Positions 46,469-56,238 of a DNA stretch of 64,000 bases are shown piece by piece. Made by a program: the position numbers and the translations under genes. The notes beneath the pieces were generated by a model that saw only the letters and a program-made list of their open reading frames with translations, was not told the origin of the DNA and ran no database searches. Positions within the stretch are counted from its first letter, which is position 1; every line of letters begins with the position of its first letter. Origin of the DNA: an uncultured Ruficoccus sp. (GTDB lineage Bacteria; Verrucomicrobiota; Verrucomicrobiia; Opitutales; Cerasicoccaceae); the NCBI GenBank assembly GCA_965140785.1, contig OZ223521.1, positions 1-64,000 on the forward strand, read 5' to 3'.

Positions 46469-47731
46469 TTAGAAACGGTAGTTGGCGTTGATATTAAAGA
46501 AAGAGAACCAGGCGTTGTCGTAGGAGCCTTGGACCTGACCGCGAAGTACGGAACCGGCTCCCTGATCGACGGCCATGTCGTCCATCCACATAAAGGTGAA
46601 GGCTGCCCCCAGATCCAGGTGATCGTTGATCGCATATTGAGCCCCGCAGCCGAAGCGCCAGGCTTCCCCCATGGGCAGGGTGACGCTGCGATACTGGTCT
46701 TCCACGGCGGAAGTGTCGTAGGCGATGCCGCCCGAGAATACCCACTGCCGTGTTGGCCGCCACTGCATGCCCACGGCCCCGTGCCAGGTGTCCTGAAAGT
46801 TCAGGTTCATGGTCGTCACGCCGCCGCTTTCCACGCCGGCCTGGACGTAGCCGAACTGATTCCAGTTCTGCCAGCCCACATCCGCCATCAGCGCCCACTG
46901 CTCGTTGAACGCATGGTAAAAGCTGAGCATGACCGTCTGGGGGACGGTCATGTCTAGGTCGATGTTGGATGGGTTGGCCAACAACGCAGATAGGCCGGGT
47001 CCGAGGTTGGAAAACGAAGGTGTGTCACTGAAATCCAACTTAACCGGCGAAAGATAGTTGACCCCGATACGGGTCTGCTCATCGACCGTGAACAGTATCC
47101 CGACATTCGCCCCGAAGCCCCAGGTCGTATCCTCAAGCTTCATCTGCCCGTCCGGGCCGAGGATGTTGTTCACCGCCGTCTGGTTCTTCAAGTAGCCGAG
47201 CATAGCGTTGAGCCCGACGCCGATCGAAACCCAATCGGTTGCCTGGTAGCTGACGGAAGGCATGAGCGACATCCCCACCAGTGTGCTGTCCTGCACGTAG
47301 TAGCGCCCGACCCAGTTGTCGTCGTAGTCTTCGGCCAGGCCGAAATAGGAGAGCATGCCCAGTCCGACGCTCCACTTCTCGTCCAACGGGGCGACCACGA
47401 ACAGACTCATCCCCGGCAGCCAGCCGATGGCATTACCCCCGGCGTCGGTGCCCAGGCCCGTCGTCGTGCCGGAACCGGGGCTGAACTCGACGCTGCCGTA
47501 AAGGGCCTGCACGCCGCCCTCAATCTGCCAGCCCTCCAGACGGGTCATCCCGGCCGGATTCTTGTATACGGTCGAGGCGTCGTCGGCGCGAGAGGAGTAG
47601 CCCGCCGAGGCCAGTCCCATATCCGGTGTGGCGATTTCGTAGAGGATGATGCCCCCCGCCTTTATTTGGGAATAGCCCAACAGGAGACAAACAACGATTG
47701 TTACAAGAGTTCGGAATTTGCCCAATGCCAT
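46469..47731 (-). CDS. FadL/OmpP1/TodX outer-membrane transporter
   Basis: GLASAG..ADDASTVYKNPAGM; C-terminal NYRF. Confidence 0.9.
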   Translation of the reverse strand: MALGKFRTLVTIVVCLLLGYSQIKAGGIILYEIATPDMGLASAGYSSRADDASTVYKNPAGMTRLEGWQIEGGVQALYGSVEFSPGSGTTTGLGTDAGGNAIGWLPGMSLFVVAPLDEKWSVGLGMLSYFGLAEDYDDNWVGRYYVQDSTLVGMSLMPSVSYQATDWVSIGVGLNAMLGYLKNQTAVNNILGPDGQMKLEDTTWGFGANVGILFTVDEQTRIGVNYLSPVKLDFSDTPSFSNLGPGLSALLANPSNIDLDMTVPQTVMLSFYHAFNEQWALMADVGWQNWNQFGYVQAGVESGGVTTMNLNFQDTWHGAVGMQWRPTRQWVFSGGIAYDTSAVEDQYRSVTLPMGEAWRFGCGAQYAINDHLDLGAAFTFMWMDDMAVDQGAGSVLRGQVQGSYDNAWFSFFNINANYRF

Positions 47732-47897
47732 TATTCTCTCTTTCAAGGACGCGTCTGGGGGTTAGGTGTTATCAATGCCCTCATATACAAATAGGCCCCA
47801 TTATCTTTTTCGAGATAAAGGCATATCCCAAAAACGAAGCTTTTAAGTGCTCTTTGGTTTTGCGCTCCCCTTGAATCTAATATAAGCATGAAGTCGT

Positions 47898-48873
47898 GTG
47901 AAGGAGTTAGCTCGACACAACCCGGTGACCGTTTCGCCCTGCCTCGGTCCTGAAGAACTGATCCGCGCCATCAACGGGACGGATCTGGAGGTTGTGAAGC
48001 TTGGAGCCTCAGCAATGCCCAGCAGGATCGGACGCGTACTGTGCCCGCGTATTGCCCTCGATCATGCCGAACTTGGCAATCAATACCACTTCCGCGGAGC
48101 GATGCCTTCCGGGCATTACACCCTCATATTCGTTAATAAATGCCCTCAGCCTGGTCATTCGTATAATTTTTCTACCACCCACGGTGATGGCTTCATGGGG
48201 TTCTTTCCTCCTGGCGGGGAGTTGGACGCGTTGACCCCCGTTGGCTACTCCAATGCATCGATCACCGTACCCGAACTGGTATTCCTCGATGCCGTTGAAA
48301 AATACTTTCCTGAAAACCCCCGATCATACGTTGAGAGAGGGCATTGCGATCCGTGTAGGAACGGTAGAGTGTCTGAAACTGCAAGGGCTGGTTGCCCGGT
48401 TGTGGGGCGACATGCAAGAATCGGATTCGCTGCTGGGCGACTTCAGAGCCCGGGAAAACCTCGAAAATGAGTTACTTACCCGTTTCATGGAAGGACTGCA
48501 AAGCGGGTGGGGGAGCTTGACGCCCGCCACTGGCAAGCGGAGCGGAAAACGCTATACCTTGCTACGGGGCGCGATCGAACTGATCAGATCCTGTCCTCCG
48601 CAGCAATTAGACGCTTCGCTGCTTTGCCAGGAGCTGGGCCTGTCTCGTCGCCGGATCGAAGTCCTGTTTCGTGAAACGCTCGGTGTTTCCCCATGCGCCG
48701 TCATGCGAAATATGCGCCTTAACGCGGTGCGTTATCATCTGCTTGAGGCCGAGAATCGCTCCGGCTCCATCAAGCAAGCCGCGCTTGACGCAGGATTTTG
48801 GCACATGGGACATTTTTGCGAGCAGTACAGAGCTTTATTCGGCGAACTCCCGAGCGACACACTGGCCCGTTAG
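47898..48873 (+). pseudogene. AraC-family regulator (EutR-like), frameshifted near 48313-48321
   Basis: N-terminal half is in ORF 47898-48470; the HTH (LCQELGLSRR..GFWHMGHF..YRALFGELPSDTL) is in ORF 48241-48873; junction GAAAACCCCC. Confidence 0.75.
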
Positions 48874-48889
48874 GTGTGGTTTGTTTGTG

Positions 48890-49280
48890 CGATTTCGAGG
48901 CTGCCTCGACCTGAAAGCTGATCGACGTGTGCCGGATGATGTCCTGCACCCAGTGCTGAGCCTTTGTGGCTGCTTTGAGAACCTTCATTTTATAGGCTGC
49001 ACCCTTGGGTTTCCCTGTAAACGGGAGCTCTTTCAGCCAGGAGGAAATGATCTCAGGCTTGGGAACGCGCCTGTTCATCTGGCGGCGCAATTTTCCCCCG
49101 GTGACAACGATGTATTCGTCCTTGATGTTTTTTGGCTCCAAGTCGTCGATTTCGCTGGGGCGCAGGCCGGTAAAGAGCCCAAGAGCTATATGTCCGTTGC
49201 GTGTTGTTATTTTTGTATTTGGACAGCAGGGGCTCGATGGCTTTCAAGCCTATCGGGTGAACCAGCGTATTCGGATCCAT
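48890..49280 (-). pseudogene. Tyrosine integrase catalytic-domain remnant
   Basis: Hand translation IALGLFTGLRPSEIDDL (box I)...QDIIRHTSISF (box II); frameshifted upstream, lacks the N-terminus and the catalytic Tyr region. Confidence 0.7.
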
Positions 49281-49354
49281 GCGCTGGAGGAGTTTCAGGC
49301 CCGTCGATGTTGTCAGACGATTGTACTTATCGATAAAAACGTCGCGCTAGAAGT

Positions 49355-50311
49355 CTATAGGTTAGCGAAAAAGACCGTCTTATCTGCCTGTAAGCGGACG
49401 GTGTCATGAGCGATGTCCGGATGCTCGAAATGACCGTACTGGAGAGCGAATAGCTTCTTTTCACTGCGAATGGCATTATAGACGGCGAACTGGCCAGGAG
49501 GGGCGACGGCGGGGTCGAACTTGGCACAGGCGCAGAGCATAGGCACCCGGATAAAGCAAGCCGCAGTTGCTGCATCATAGTACGGCAGGACCTCGCTTGC
49601 GGTCCTGGGATACTGGCTGACGTAGGCGCTGACCGCCTTTCCGCTCCCGTTGGTGGGCAGCTTCAGGCGGAGCGGCTGGTTGCCAAAGCTGGGGACTTCC
49701 AGGAAGCCGCGCTTGATGCGTTCGTCCCACGGGATCGCCAGGGCGCCGAGCCCGCCGCAGAAGCTTCCGCCGAGGTAGCCGACGTGTCCGGAGACTTGTG
49801 GAAAAAGATCCAGCAGGGCGGACACCGCCAGCCAGATATCCTCCACGCAACCGCCGTGGATGTAGCTGTCGCGGCTCTCAATCCCATGGAGGACGTGCTC
49901 GATGTCGCGCTCGGGGATGCCGGGCAGGCGGCTTCGGCCGATACCGCGTAAGCAGGGCAAAAGGTAGGCCGCGTAGGGATCGGGCAGGGGGACCTCGGGG
50001 GCGTCGCGCCCGCCGTATCCATGGCCCATGACAAAGCCTCGCGTTACGGTTCCGCCGACGGGCCGCAGGAGCCAGCCGCCAATGGTGACGCCTTCCGTGC
50101 TGGTGTATTGAAGATCGAATACGCGCCAGTGCTCCTCCAGGGTTTCTCCGGTGTCGGTGATGCGGGGCCGGGGGGACACGGCGAGCGCCCGCGCATAGCG
50201 GGCTTGCCAGAAGGACGCGAAATCCTCCGGGGGCGGCGGTGCGCCGACCTGGAGCAGGGCGTCGAGGTCGTAGCCGTAAGTGGGGTCGAAAGCGAAGGGG
50301 GGAGCGGTCAT
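49355..50311 (-). CDS. Acetylxylan esterase / cephalosporin-C deacetylase (CE7, AXE1)
   Basis: PEDFASFW, GHGYGG, GGSFCGG nucleophile elbow, D..PPGQFAVYN, GH. Confidence 0.88.
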   Translation of the reverse strand: MTAPPFAFDPTYGYDLDALLQVGAPPPPEDFASFWQARYARALAVSPRPRITDTGETLEEHWRVFDLQYTSTEGVTIGGWLLRPVGGTVTRGFVMGHGYGGRDAPEVPLPDPYAAYLLPCLRGIGRSRLPGIPERDIEHVLHGIESRDSYIHGGCVEDIWLAVSALLDLFPQVSGHVGYLGGSFCGGLGALAIPWDERIKRGFLEVPSFGNQPLRLKLPTNGSGKAVSAYVSQYPRTASEVLPYYDAATAACFIRVPMLCACAKFDPAVAPPGQFAVYNAIRSEKKLFALQYGHFEHPDIAHDTVRLQADKTVFFANL

Positions 50312-50354
50312 GGGAATAGGGCTCGGGACGTGCGGCGGGAGTGCGTCGTCGGAT

Positions 50355-52604
50355 TTAGTCGACGACGACGGTGAAACGTGCCTTGAGAAGATCCTCGTCC
50401 CGGCTGCTGCCGCCGAGCTGAAGCTCGAACTCGCCGGGCTCGACGATGCGCTCGCAGGCGGCGTTGACGAGGGTGAGCGCGCTGACGGGCAGCCGGAAGC
50501 GGACGGTCTCGCGCTGGCCGGGCTCGAGATCGACCTGGCGATAAGCCTTCAGCTCCTTGTTGACCCACGTCGCCGAGGTCACCAGATCGGCTACGTATGC
50601 CTGCACGGTTTCGCGCCCGGCGCGCTCTCCGGTGTTCGTCACGGTGACGGTGAACTCCACCTCGCTGTCGGGCTTGAGTGGCTGGTCGGTGTTGAGGATC
50701 GTGAGGTCGCTGTAGGCGAAGGTGGTGTAGCTCAGGCCGAAGCCGAAGGCGAAATGCGGGGACTGGGTGAGGTCCGCGTAGCGGTTGCCGTGCTGGCCTT
50801 TGACCTGGCTGTAATAGATGGGCTGCTGGCCGACGTGATAGGGGATAGAAATGGTCAGGCGGCCCGAGGGGTTGAAATGGCCGAAGACCGCCTCGGCCAC
50901 GGCTTGCCCGCCCATCATGCCGGGGCTGAAGGTCTCGATGATGGCGCCGGCTTGGTGGACGCACCTGGGCAGGACGAGGGGCTTGGTATTGACGATCACG
51001 AGGAGCATCGGGGTACCGGTGGCCGCCAGGGCCTCCAGCAGCGCGAGCTGACCGCCCTGAAGCTCGAGCGTCGCCGTGGAGCAGCATTCGCCGGTCAGGG
51101 GAATGTTGTCCCCGACCACGACGACCGCCACGTCCGCCGATTGGGCCTCGCGCACGGCCTCTGCGATCATGGCGGGGTCGGGTTCGGCGATGACGTTGAC
51201 TTTTCGCCGGGTCTGGCCGTCGTCGTAGCTTTCGTCGATCTCGTCCTTGAGAAGGGTGATGTCCGCGCCCCTGGCGTAGGTGACCTCGCAGTCCGCCGGG
51301 GCCAGTTGCCGGATGCCGTCGAGCACTGTGCAGGTGCAATCTCGCGGGTGTCCGTCCATGATCCACTCGACCTGGCCGCTGGCTCCGGCCCAGTCGCCGA
51401 GCTGGGCCTGGGCGTCGTCCGCGTTGGGGCCGATGACGGCGATCTTTCGCAAGCCCTCGGAGCAGAGGGGTAGCAGGCCGTCATTGCGGAGCAGGACGAG
51501 CGCGCGCCGCGCTATCTCCGCGTTGACCTGACGGTGTTCCTCACAGCCGATGACGATGGCCTGCTTTTCCAGATCGGGGCGACCGGGGTCCTCGAAGAGC
51601 CCGAGCTTAAACTTGAGCGCGAGCAGCCGCTCGACAATGGCGTCGATCTGGGCCTCCTTGACAAGGCCTTCGCGGCAGGCGTCGAGCGCCCCTTCGTAGA
51701 AGCCCGGCGTGGACATAATGAGGTCGTTGCCGCTCTGGATGGCGATGACGGAGGCGTCTTTCATGGTGGGGGCGATCTGCTGCTCCCAGTGCATGCGCCC
51801 GACGTTGTCCCAGTCGGTTACGAGAATGCCCTCGAAGCCCCATTGCTCCTTCAGTACCTCATGCAGGAGCCAGCGGTTGGCGGTGCAGGGGACGCCTTCG
51901 ATCGACTGGTAGCCGGTCATGAAGGAGAGGCAGCCCTCCCGGGCGGCCCGTTCAAAGGGCGGCAGAAAGTACGAAAGCAGCTTGCGGCGGCTCAGGTCGG
52001 CCTCGGAGGCGTCGCGCCCACCCTGAGTCTCGGAGTAGCCGGCGTAGTGCTTGGCGCAGGCGAGAATGGCCTCGGGATCGTCGAGCCCCTTACCCTGATA
52101 GCCGCGGATCATGGCGCAGGCGAACTCGCCGATGAGAAAGGGATCCTCCCCGAAGGTCTCGCCCACGCGGCCCCAGCGCAGGTCGCGGGTTAGGCACAGC
52201 ACGGGGGAGAAGGTCCACTTGAGCCCGGTGAGTCGGACTTCGCGGGCGGTCACGCGGGCAGCCTCTTCGATCAGGTCGGCATTCCAGCTCGCAGCCATGG
52301 CCAACTGGGTGGGAAAGATCGTCGCGCCGGGATGGAAGGAGTGCCCGTGGATGCAGTCGTCCCCGAAGAGCAGGGGGATGGCCAGCCGCGTGCGTGCAGC
52401 CAGGTCCATGGCGACGGCGGCCCGCTCGTTCTGGATGTGCAGGAGCGAGCCGACATGCTTGTCGAAGATGAGTTCGTTCAGGTCGCAGCGCTGGCCTTCG
52501 AGCTGCATCATTTGCCCGACTTTCTCCTCCAGGCTCATGCGCCCGAGCAGGTCGGCGACGCGGGCGTCGATGGATTGGGAGGGGTCTTGATAGATATGGG
52601 TCAT
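50355..52604 (-). CDS. GH3 beta-glucosidase/xylosidase with an Fn3-like domain, cytoplasmic
   Basis: RDLRWGRVGETFGEDP, AKHYAGY, LVTDW, NPSGRLTIS, FGFGLSYTTF. Confidence 0.95.
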   Translation of the reverse strand: MTHIYQDPSQSIDARVADLLGRMSLEEKVGQMMQLEGQRCDLNELIFDKHVGSLLHIQNERAAVAMDLAARTRLAIPLLFGDDCIHGHSFHPGATIFPTQLAMAASWNADLIEEAARVTAREVRLTGLKWTFSPVLCLTRDLRWGRVGETFGEDPFLIGEFACAMIRGYQGKGLDDPEAILACAKHYAGYSETQGGRDASEADLSRRKLLSYFLPPFERAAREGCLSFMTGYQSIEGVPCTANRWLLHEVLKEQWGFEGILVTDWDNVGRMHWEQQIAPTMKDASVIAIQSGNDLIMSTPGFYEGALDACREGLVKEAQIDAIVERLLALKFKLGLFEDPGRPDLEKQAIVIGCEEHRQVNAEIARRALVLLRNDGLLPLCSEGLRKIAVIGPNADDAQAQLGDWAGASGQVEWIMDGHPRDCTCTVLDGIRQLAPADCEVTYARGADITLLKDEIDESYDDGQTRRKVNVIAEPDPAMIAEAVREAQSADVAVVVVGDNIPLTGECCSTATLELQGGQLALLEALAATGTPMLLVIVNTKPLVLPRCVHQAGAIIETFSPGMMGGQAVAEAVFGHFNPSGRLTISIPYHVGQQPIYYSQVKGQHGNRYADLTQSPHFAFGFGLSYTTFAYSDLTILNTDQPLKPDSEVEFTVTVTNTGERAGRETVQAYVADLVTSATWVNKELKAYRQVDLEPGQRETVRFRLPVSALTLVNAACERIVEPGEFELQLGGSSRDEDLLKARFTVVVD

Positions 52605-52668
52605 GGGAGGTAAAAAGGGTTTATCCTAACGGTACCCCAATGCACGGGGACAGCGAGTTGTGTTGCGC

Positions 52669-52717
52669 TCAAACCATTGACTGTCGAGTGGTCTGCCCAC
52701 AGTGCTCAACGGTTTGA
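52669..52717. promoter_or_regulatory. Two operator-like imperfect palindromes in the GH3/deacetylase divergent promoter
   Basis: TCAAACCATTGA (52669) and TCAACGGTTTGA (52706). Confidence 0.65.
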
Positions 52718-52801
52718 TCCTCATGCCGTTTGCCAACTAAGAAATTTCGAGCATAGGTTAATCCTCAGAACCCTGCATTGAGTATCTGATTCGTACCCTT
52801 C

Positions 52802-53641
52802 ATGAGCTTATCCCGCTTCTTTTCCAGACCACTTTCATGGGTCGCCCTGCTGGGGCTTGGCATCTGCCTGACGGGCAGCCTGCACGCCGCCGAAGAGGCG
52901 CAGCCGGCAGTCAAACAGGGCAATGCACCCTTTGTCATCCTGAAGCTGGATGACCTGACGTGGCGCAGTCCGGCCTGGAAGCAGACGGTGGCCTTTCTGG
53001 AGGAGAAGAACATCAAGTTCAGCATCGGGATCATCTGCGAGAAGGCGCTGGAGGGGGACCGCAAGCCCTTTTACGCATGGGTGAAGGAGCACAATGCCAC
53101 CGGCCTGGTCGAGTTCTGGAACCACGGCTACACGCACAAGGAGTGGAAGGACGAAAACGGCAACAAGGTGCGGGAGTTCGCCGGAGCCCCCTACGAGGAG
53201 CAGAAGCAGCACTTCGAGCGCTCGCAGGAGCTGGCCAAAGAAAAGCTCGGTATCACCTTTCGCACGTTCGGTGCGCCTTTCAACAAGACCGACGAAAACA
53301 CCGTACGTGTGCTCAATGAGAACCCCGACGTGAAGGTGTTCCTCTACGGCACAGCAGATCAGGCCAAGGAGCTTTCTGAGGTGGAGGTGATCGAACGCAC
53401 ACCGATGAATATCGAGTACCCGCTTTTTATCCCCAATCCCGACCAACTGAAAAAAGACTACGCAAAACTTTCCCCCACGACCGAGTGCTTTGTCATCCAG
53501 GGCCACCCGAACAACTGGGACAAGGATGACCGTTTCGAGCGCTTCAAGGAACTGGTCAACTACCTCATCGAGCAGGGCGTCACTTTTACCACCCCGTATG
53601 AATACTACCTCTATTGCCAGCAAAAGACACCCGCGTCCTGA
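52802..53641 (+). CDS. Secreted polysaccharide deacetylase-like protein (CE4/DUF2334)
   Basis: Signal peptide; LKLDD, WNHGYTH, FGAPFN, QGHP. Confidence 0.82.
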   Translation: MSLSRFFSRPLSWVALLGLGICLTGSLHAAEEAQPAVKQGNAPFVILKLDDLTWRSPAWKQTVAFLEEKNIKFSIGIICEKALEGDRKPFYAWVKEHNATGLVEFWNHGYTHKEWKDENGNKVREFAGAPYEEQKQHFERSQELAKEKLGITFRTFGAPFNKTDENTVRVLNENPDVKVFLYGTADQAKELSEVEVIERTPMNIEYPLFIPNPDQLKKDYAKLSPTTECFVIQGHPNNWDKDDRFERFKELVNYLIEQGVTFTTPYEYYLYCQQKTPAS

Positions 53642-53679
53642 GCACATCCCTGTGGCGGGTGCGTTGGATATTGGCCTGG

Positions 53680-53694
53680 ATCAACAGTGTGACT
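53680..53694. promoter_or_regulatory. Operator site upstream of the PEP-CTERM gene
   Basis: ATCAACAGTGTGACT, identical to 57336-57350. Confidence 0.7.
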
Positions 53695-53808
53695 TTCACC
53701 CGCCTTGCGCTAGTCCCGCGCTGATGGGAGAATGGCTTTCACGATAAGCCCGACTTGCGTTCATCGCAGTGTAAACCCCCGAAACCCCCGAAACAACTGC
53801 TCACGCTT

Positions 53809-55172
53809 ATGAAAACACAAATCGCCCCGACCTTGCTTAAGCGCCCTGTCGGTATCGCCGCAGCCAGCTGCATGCTGCTTGCCGCTTCCTCCAGCTTCGC
53901 CGCCGACCTGACCTGGCTTTATGACACCGGCAGTTACGACTGGGATCTCACCTCGGAGTATTGGAACGACGGCGTCAGCGACACCGCCTGGACCAATGGC
54001 GATGCCGCCATCTTTAATGGTTTTTCCGACTCCTCCACGCTCACCTTGCAGAATAATGTCACTGCGACGAGCATCACCCGTAATGATACCAATGGCACTA
54101 AGTCACTGACCATCGACGGGGGGGCTACCAGCTCGACGTCACAACGATCTCGGCCCTCGGCTCCGTCGGAGATATCAAGGTCGATGCCGACATTACCGGC
54201 GACCACGATTTGACCTTGATTGGGCCGAATACCTCCTACGGGCAAACCGACACCCGTATTCAGTTGGTCACCGCGTCAAGCTACACGGGTACCACCTACC
54301 TCAAGAATTACGCATATGTTCTAGCTGACGATTTCAGCAACAATGCTCTCCCGACCTCGACGGTCCTGGACATCGATGGGGGCTCCACCTTCTTCATGAA
54401 ATACCACACCCAGACAGTCCAGGGATTGACGGGCGATGGTAGCATGCGGGGTACCAGTCAGAGCCCGACCAGCAATTTGGCGAAATTGGTCATCGATACC
54501 CAGGCGGGGGTCACGACTGAGTTTACCGGGACCACGGGCTCCACTAACGACAGCCTTCATCTGGAGATCACGGGGTCCGGCACGCAGCGCTTTTCCAAGG
54601 GTTATGTGAGTGGCGGGAGCATCACCGTATCCGGCGGCACGCTGGACCTGGGCGGCGACGTGACCGCTGCGCCCAGCGTGACGATCAGCGGCGGTAATCT
54701 GCTCAGCGACGCCGGTGAGACGATCGCCCTCGGTGTCGGCACCGTGAGCATGACCTCCGGTTCGATCACGCCGGGGGGCGTGGGCAGCGCCGGGACGATG
54801 GCGGTGGCCGCCGACCAGAACTTCACCGTGAGCGGCGGCGCGCTGAACATGGATGTCGGCACCTCCTCGGACCAGATTCTCGGTGCCGGCAGCGGCACCT
54901 TCAGCCTTGAAAACATGACCATCGCGCTGACGACCGGAGACGGTTTCGACTACAACAGCACGTACACCCTGCTCAGCGGTTTCGCCAGCGGTAGCTACGA
55001 CAATGTCACCATCACCGGCTACGACACTGCCAACTGGCTGGCCCAGCTCGACGTCTCTTCGGGCGGTTTGAACTTGTCCTTCGTCTCCGTGCCCGAGCCC
55101 TCGACCTACGCGCTGATCTTCGGCGGACTGGTCGGCCTGGTCGCCCTGCAGCGCCGCCGGCGCCGGGGCTGA
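53809..55172 (+). pseudogene. PEP-CTERM surface protein with autotransporter-like beta-strand repeats, frameshifted at a G7 tract
   Basis: Signal peptide in ORF 53755-54213; the remainder ends VPEPSTYALIFGGLVGLVALQRRRRRG. G8 at 54118-54124 would fuse them (IDGGGYQLDVTTIS..DLTLIGP). Confidence 0.85.
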
Positions 55173-55294
55173 TCCGGGGCGCGCGGACTGCTCCGAGGCT
55201 TGCCCTGGCGGCAAGTCCCGGGGTAGGATCAGGTTACAGTCACAGGCGGTGCCTTCCACCACCCCGCAGACAACCCCAACCCCTCTTCCCCGAT

Positions 55295-55978
55295 ATGAAA
55301 AAACAGATCTGTCATTTGCTTGTCGCCACCTTGTGCCTGGCCGGTCCGCTTGCGGCCCAGAACCTGGTCAAGAACGGCACTTTCGAAAAAGGCACGTCCA
55401 ACTGGAGCCTCTTCGCTCCGGGAGATGCCAAGGCCAACAACGCCAAGCTGGCCGTGAGCGCCGAAGGGGCGCACGGGGGCGCGAACGCCGCCGAGCTGAC
55501 CTCCACGGGGCCCGTGCGTTATGGCATGGTCACCTATATCAGCGGCCATCGGTTCGCACCCGGTCAGAAGTATCGCCTGCGTGCGTGGGTACGCGCAGGG
55601 GCGGACTTCCAGCCCGTGGCGGATACGCCGGGATTTCTCATCCGCGTGACGATGTACGCGTCGGCGAGCGGCTGGGACACGGCGACCGACGGGATGCTCT
55701 ATCTCGGAGCCGCCGATAAGGTCGTCCGTGGCAAGGACACCAGCGCTTTCAACAACCAGGTCGTTCCGACCGAATGGACCCAGCTGGAAACGGAGTTCGT
55801 GGCCTCGCCGGAGACGGCCAAAATGAACATTTCGGTCTTCGTCTGGAAGGGAAGCGGCGCTTTTTACGTGGACGATGTTTCGCTCGAGCTGCTGCCTGCC
55901 GAGGCACAGCCGACAGCGGTCGCTCCTCCGGCGACGACATCTGCCCCGGTGGAAGCGACCGTTCCAGAGGCGAAATAG
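55295..55978 (+). CDS. Secreted carbohydrate-binding-domain protein (CBM4/9-like)
   Basis: Signal peptide; NLVKNGTFE..W, PGQKYRLRAWVR, EWTQLETEF, YVDDVSL. Confidence 0.8.
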   Translation: MKKQICHLLVATLCLAGPLAAQNLVKNGTFEKGTSNWSLFAPGDAKANNAKLAVSAEGAHGGANAAELTSTGPVRYGMVTYISGHRFAPGQKYRLRAWVRAGADFQPVADTPGFLIRVTMYASASGWDTATDGMLYLGAADKVVRGKDTSAFNNQVVPTEWTQLETEFVASPETAKMNISVFVWKGSGAFYVDDVSLELLPAEAQPTAVAPPATTSAPVEATVPEAK

Positions 55979-56113
55979 AGCACTTTTTGGCACGAAGAGA
56001 CAGCCAGGAATTGTCTGCCTCTGAATAGGCAGAGAAAAAAGTAAACATCCAGGCATTCGCCTGGTTTTAGATTAACCGCATCCAAAGCGGTTGGATGGCA
56101 CAGCACACATAGA

Positions 56114-56170
56114 GTCCCCTCGGATACCGGCCCGACGCACGCCGGGTAGCGGATCCGGGGGGCTTTTTTT
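56114..56170 (+). terminator. Intrinsic terminator
   Basis: GTCCCCTCGGAT...ATCCGGGGGGC followed by T7. Confidence 0.7.
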
Positions 56171-56238
56171 AGAGAATCTGCATCCGGTCGGAACCGGCCA
56201 TGGGGCGACTTATTGCCCCTGACGTGAGGCCGTGAAGC

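Larger units (their letters stand above)
38257..49330. mobile_element. Decayed genomic island inserted at tRNA-Asn (right boundary approximate)
   Basis: IHF consensus AATCAACGGCTTG and tandem TGTGCCA arm-like repeats right after the tRNA; visibly lower GC; IS3; serine- and tyrosine-recombinase remnants. Confidence 0.7.

Noticed and set aside
38257..49330. Prophage
   Set aside because: No terminase, capsid, tail or lysis genes; only recombinase relics and cargo.
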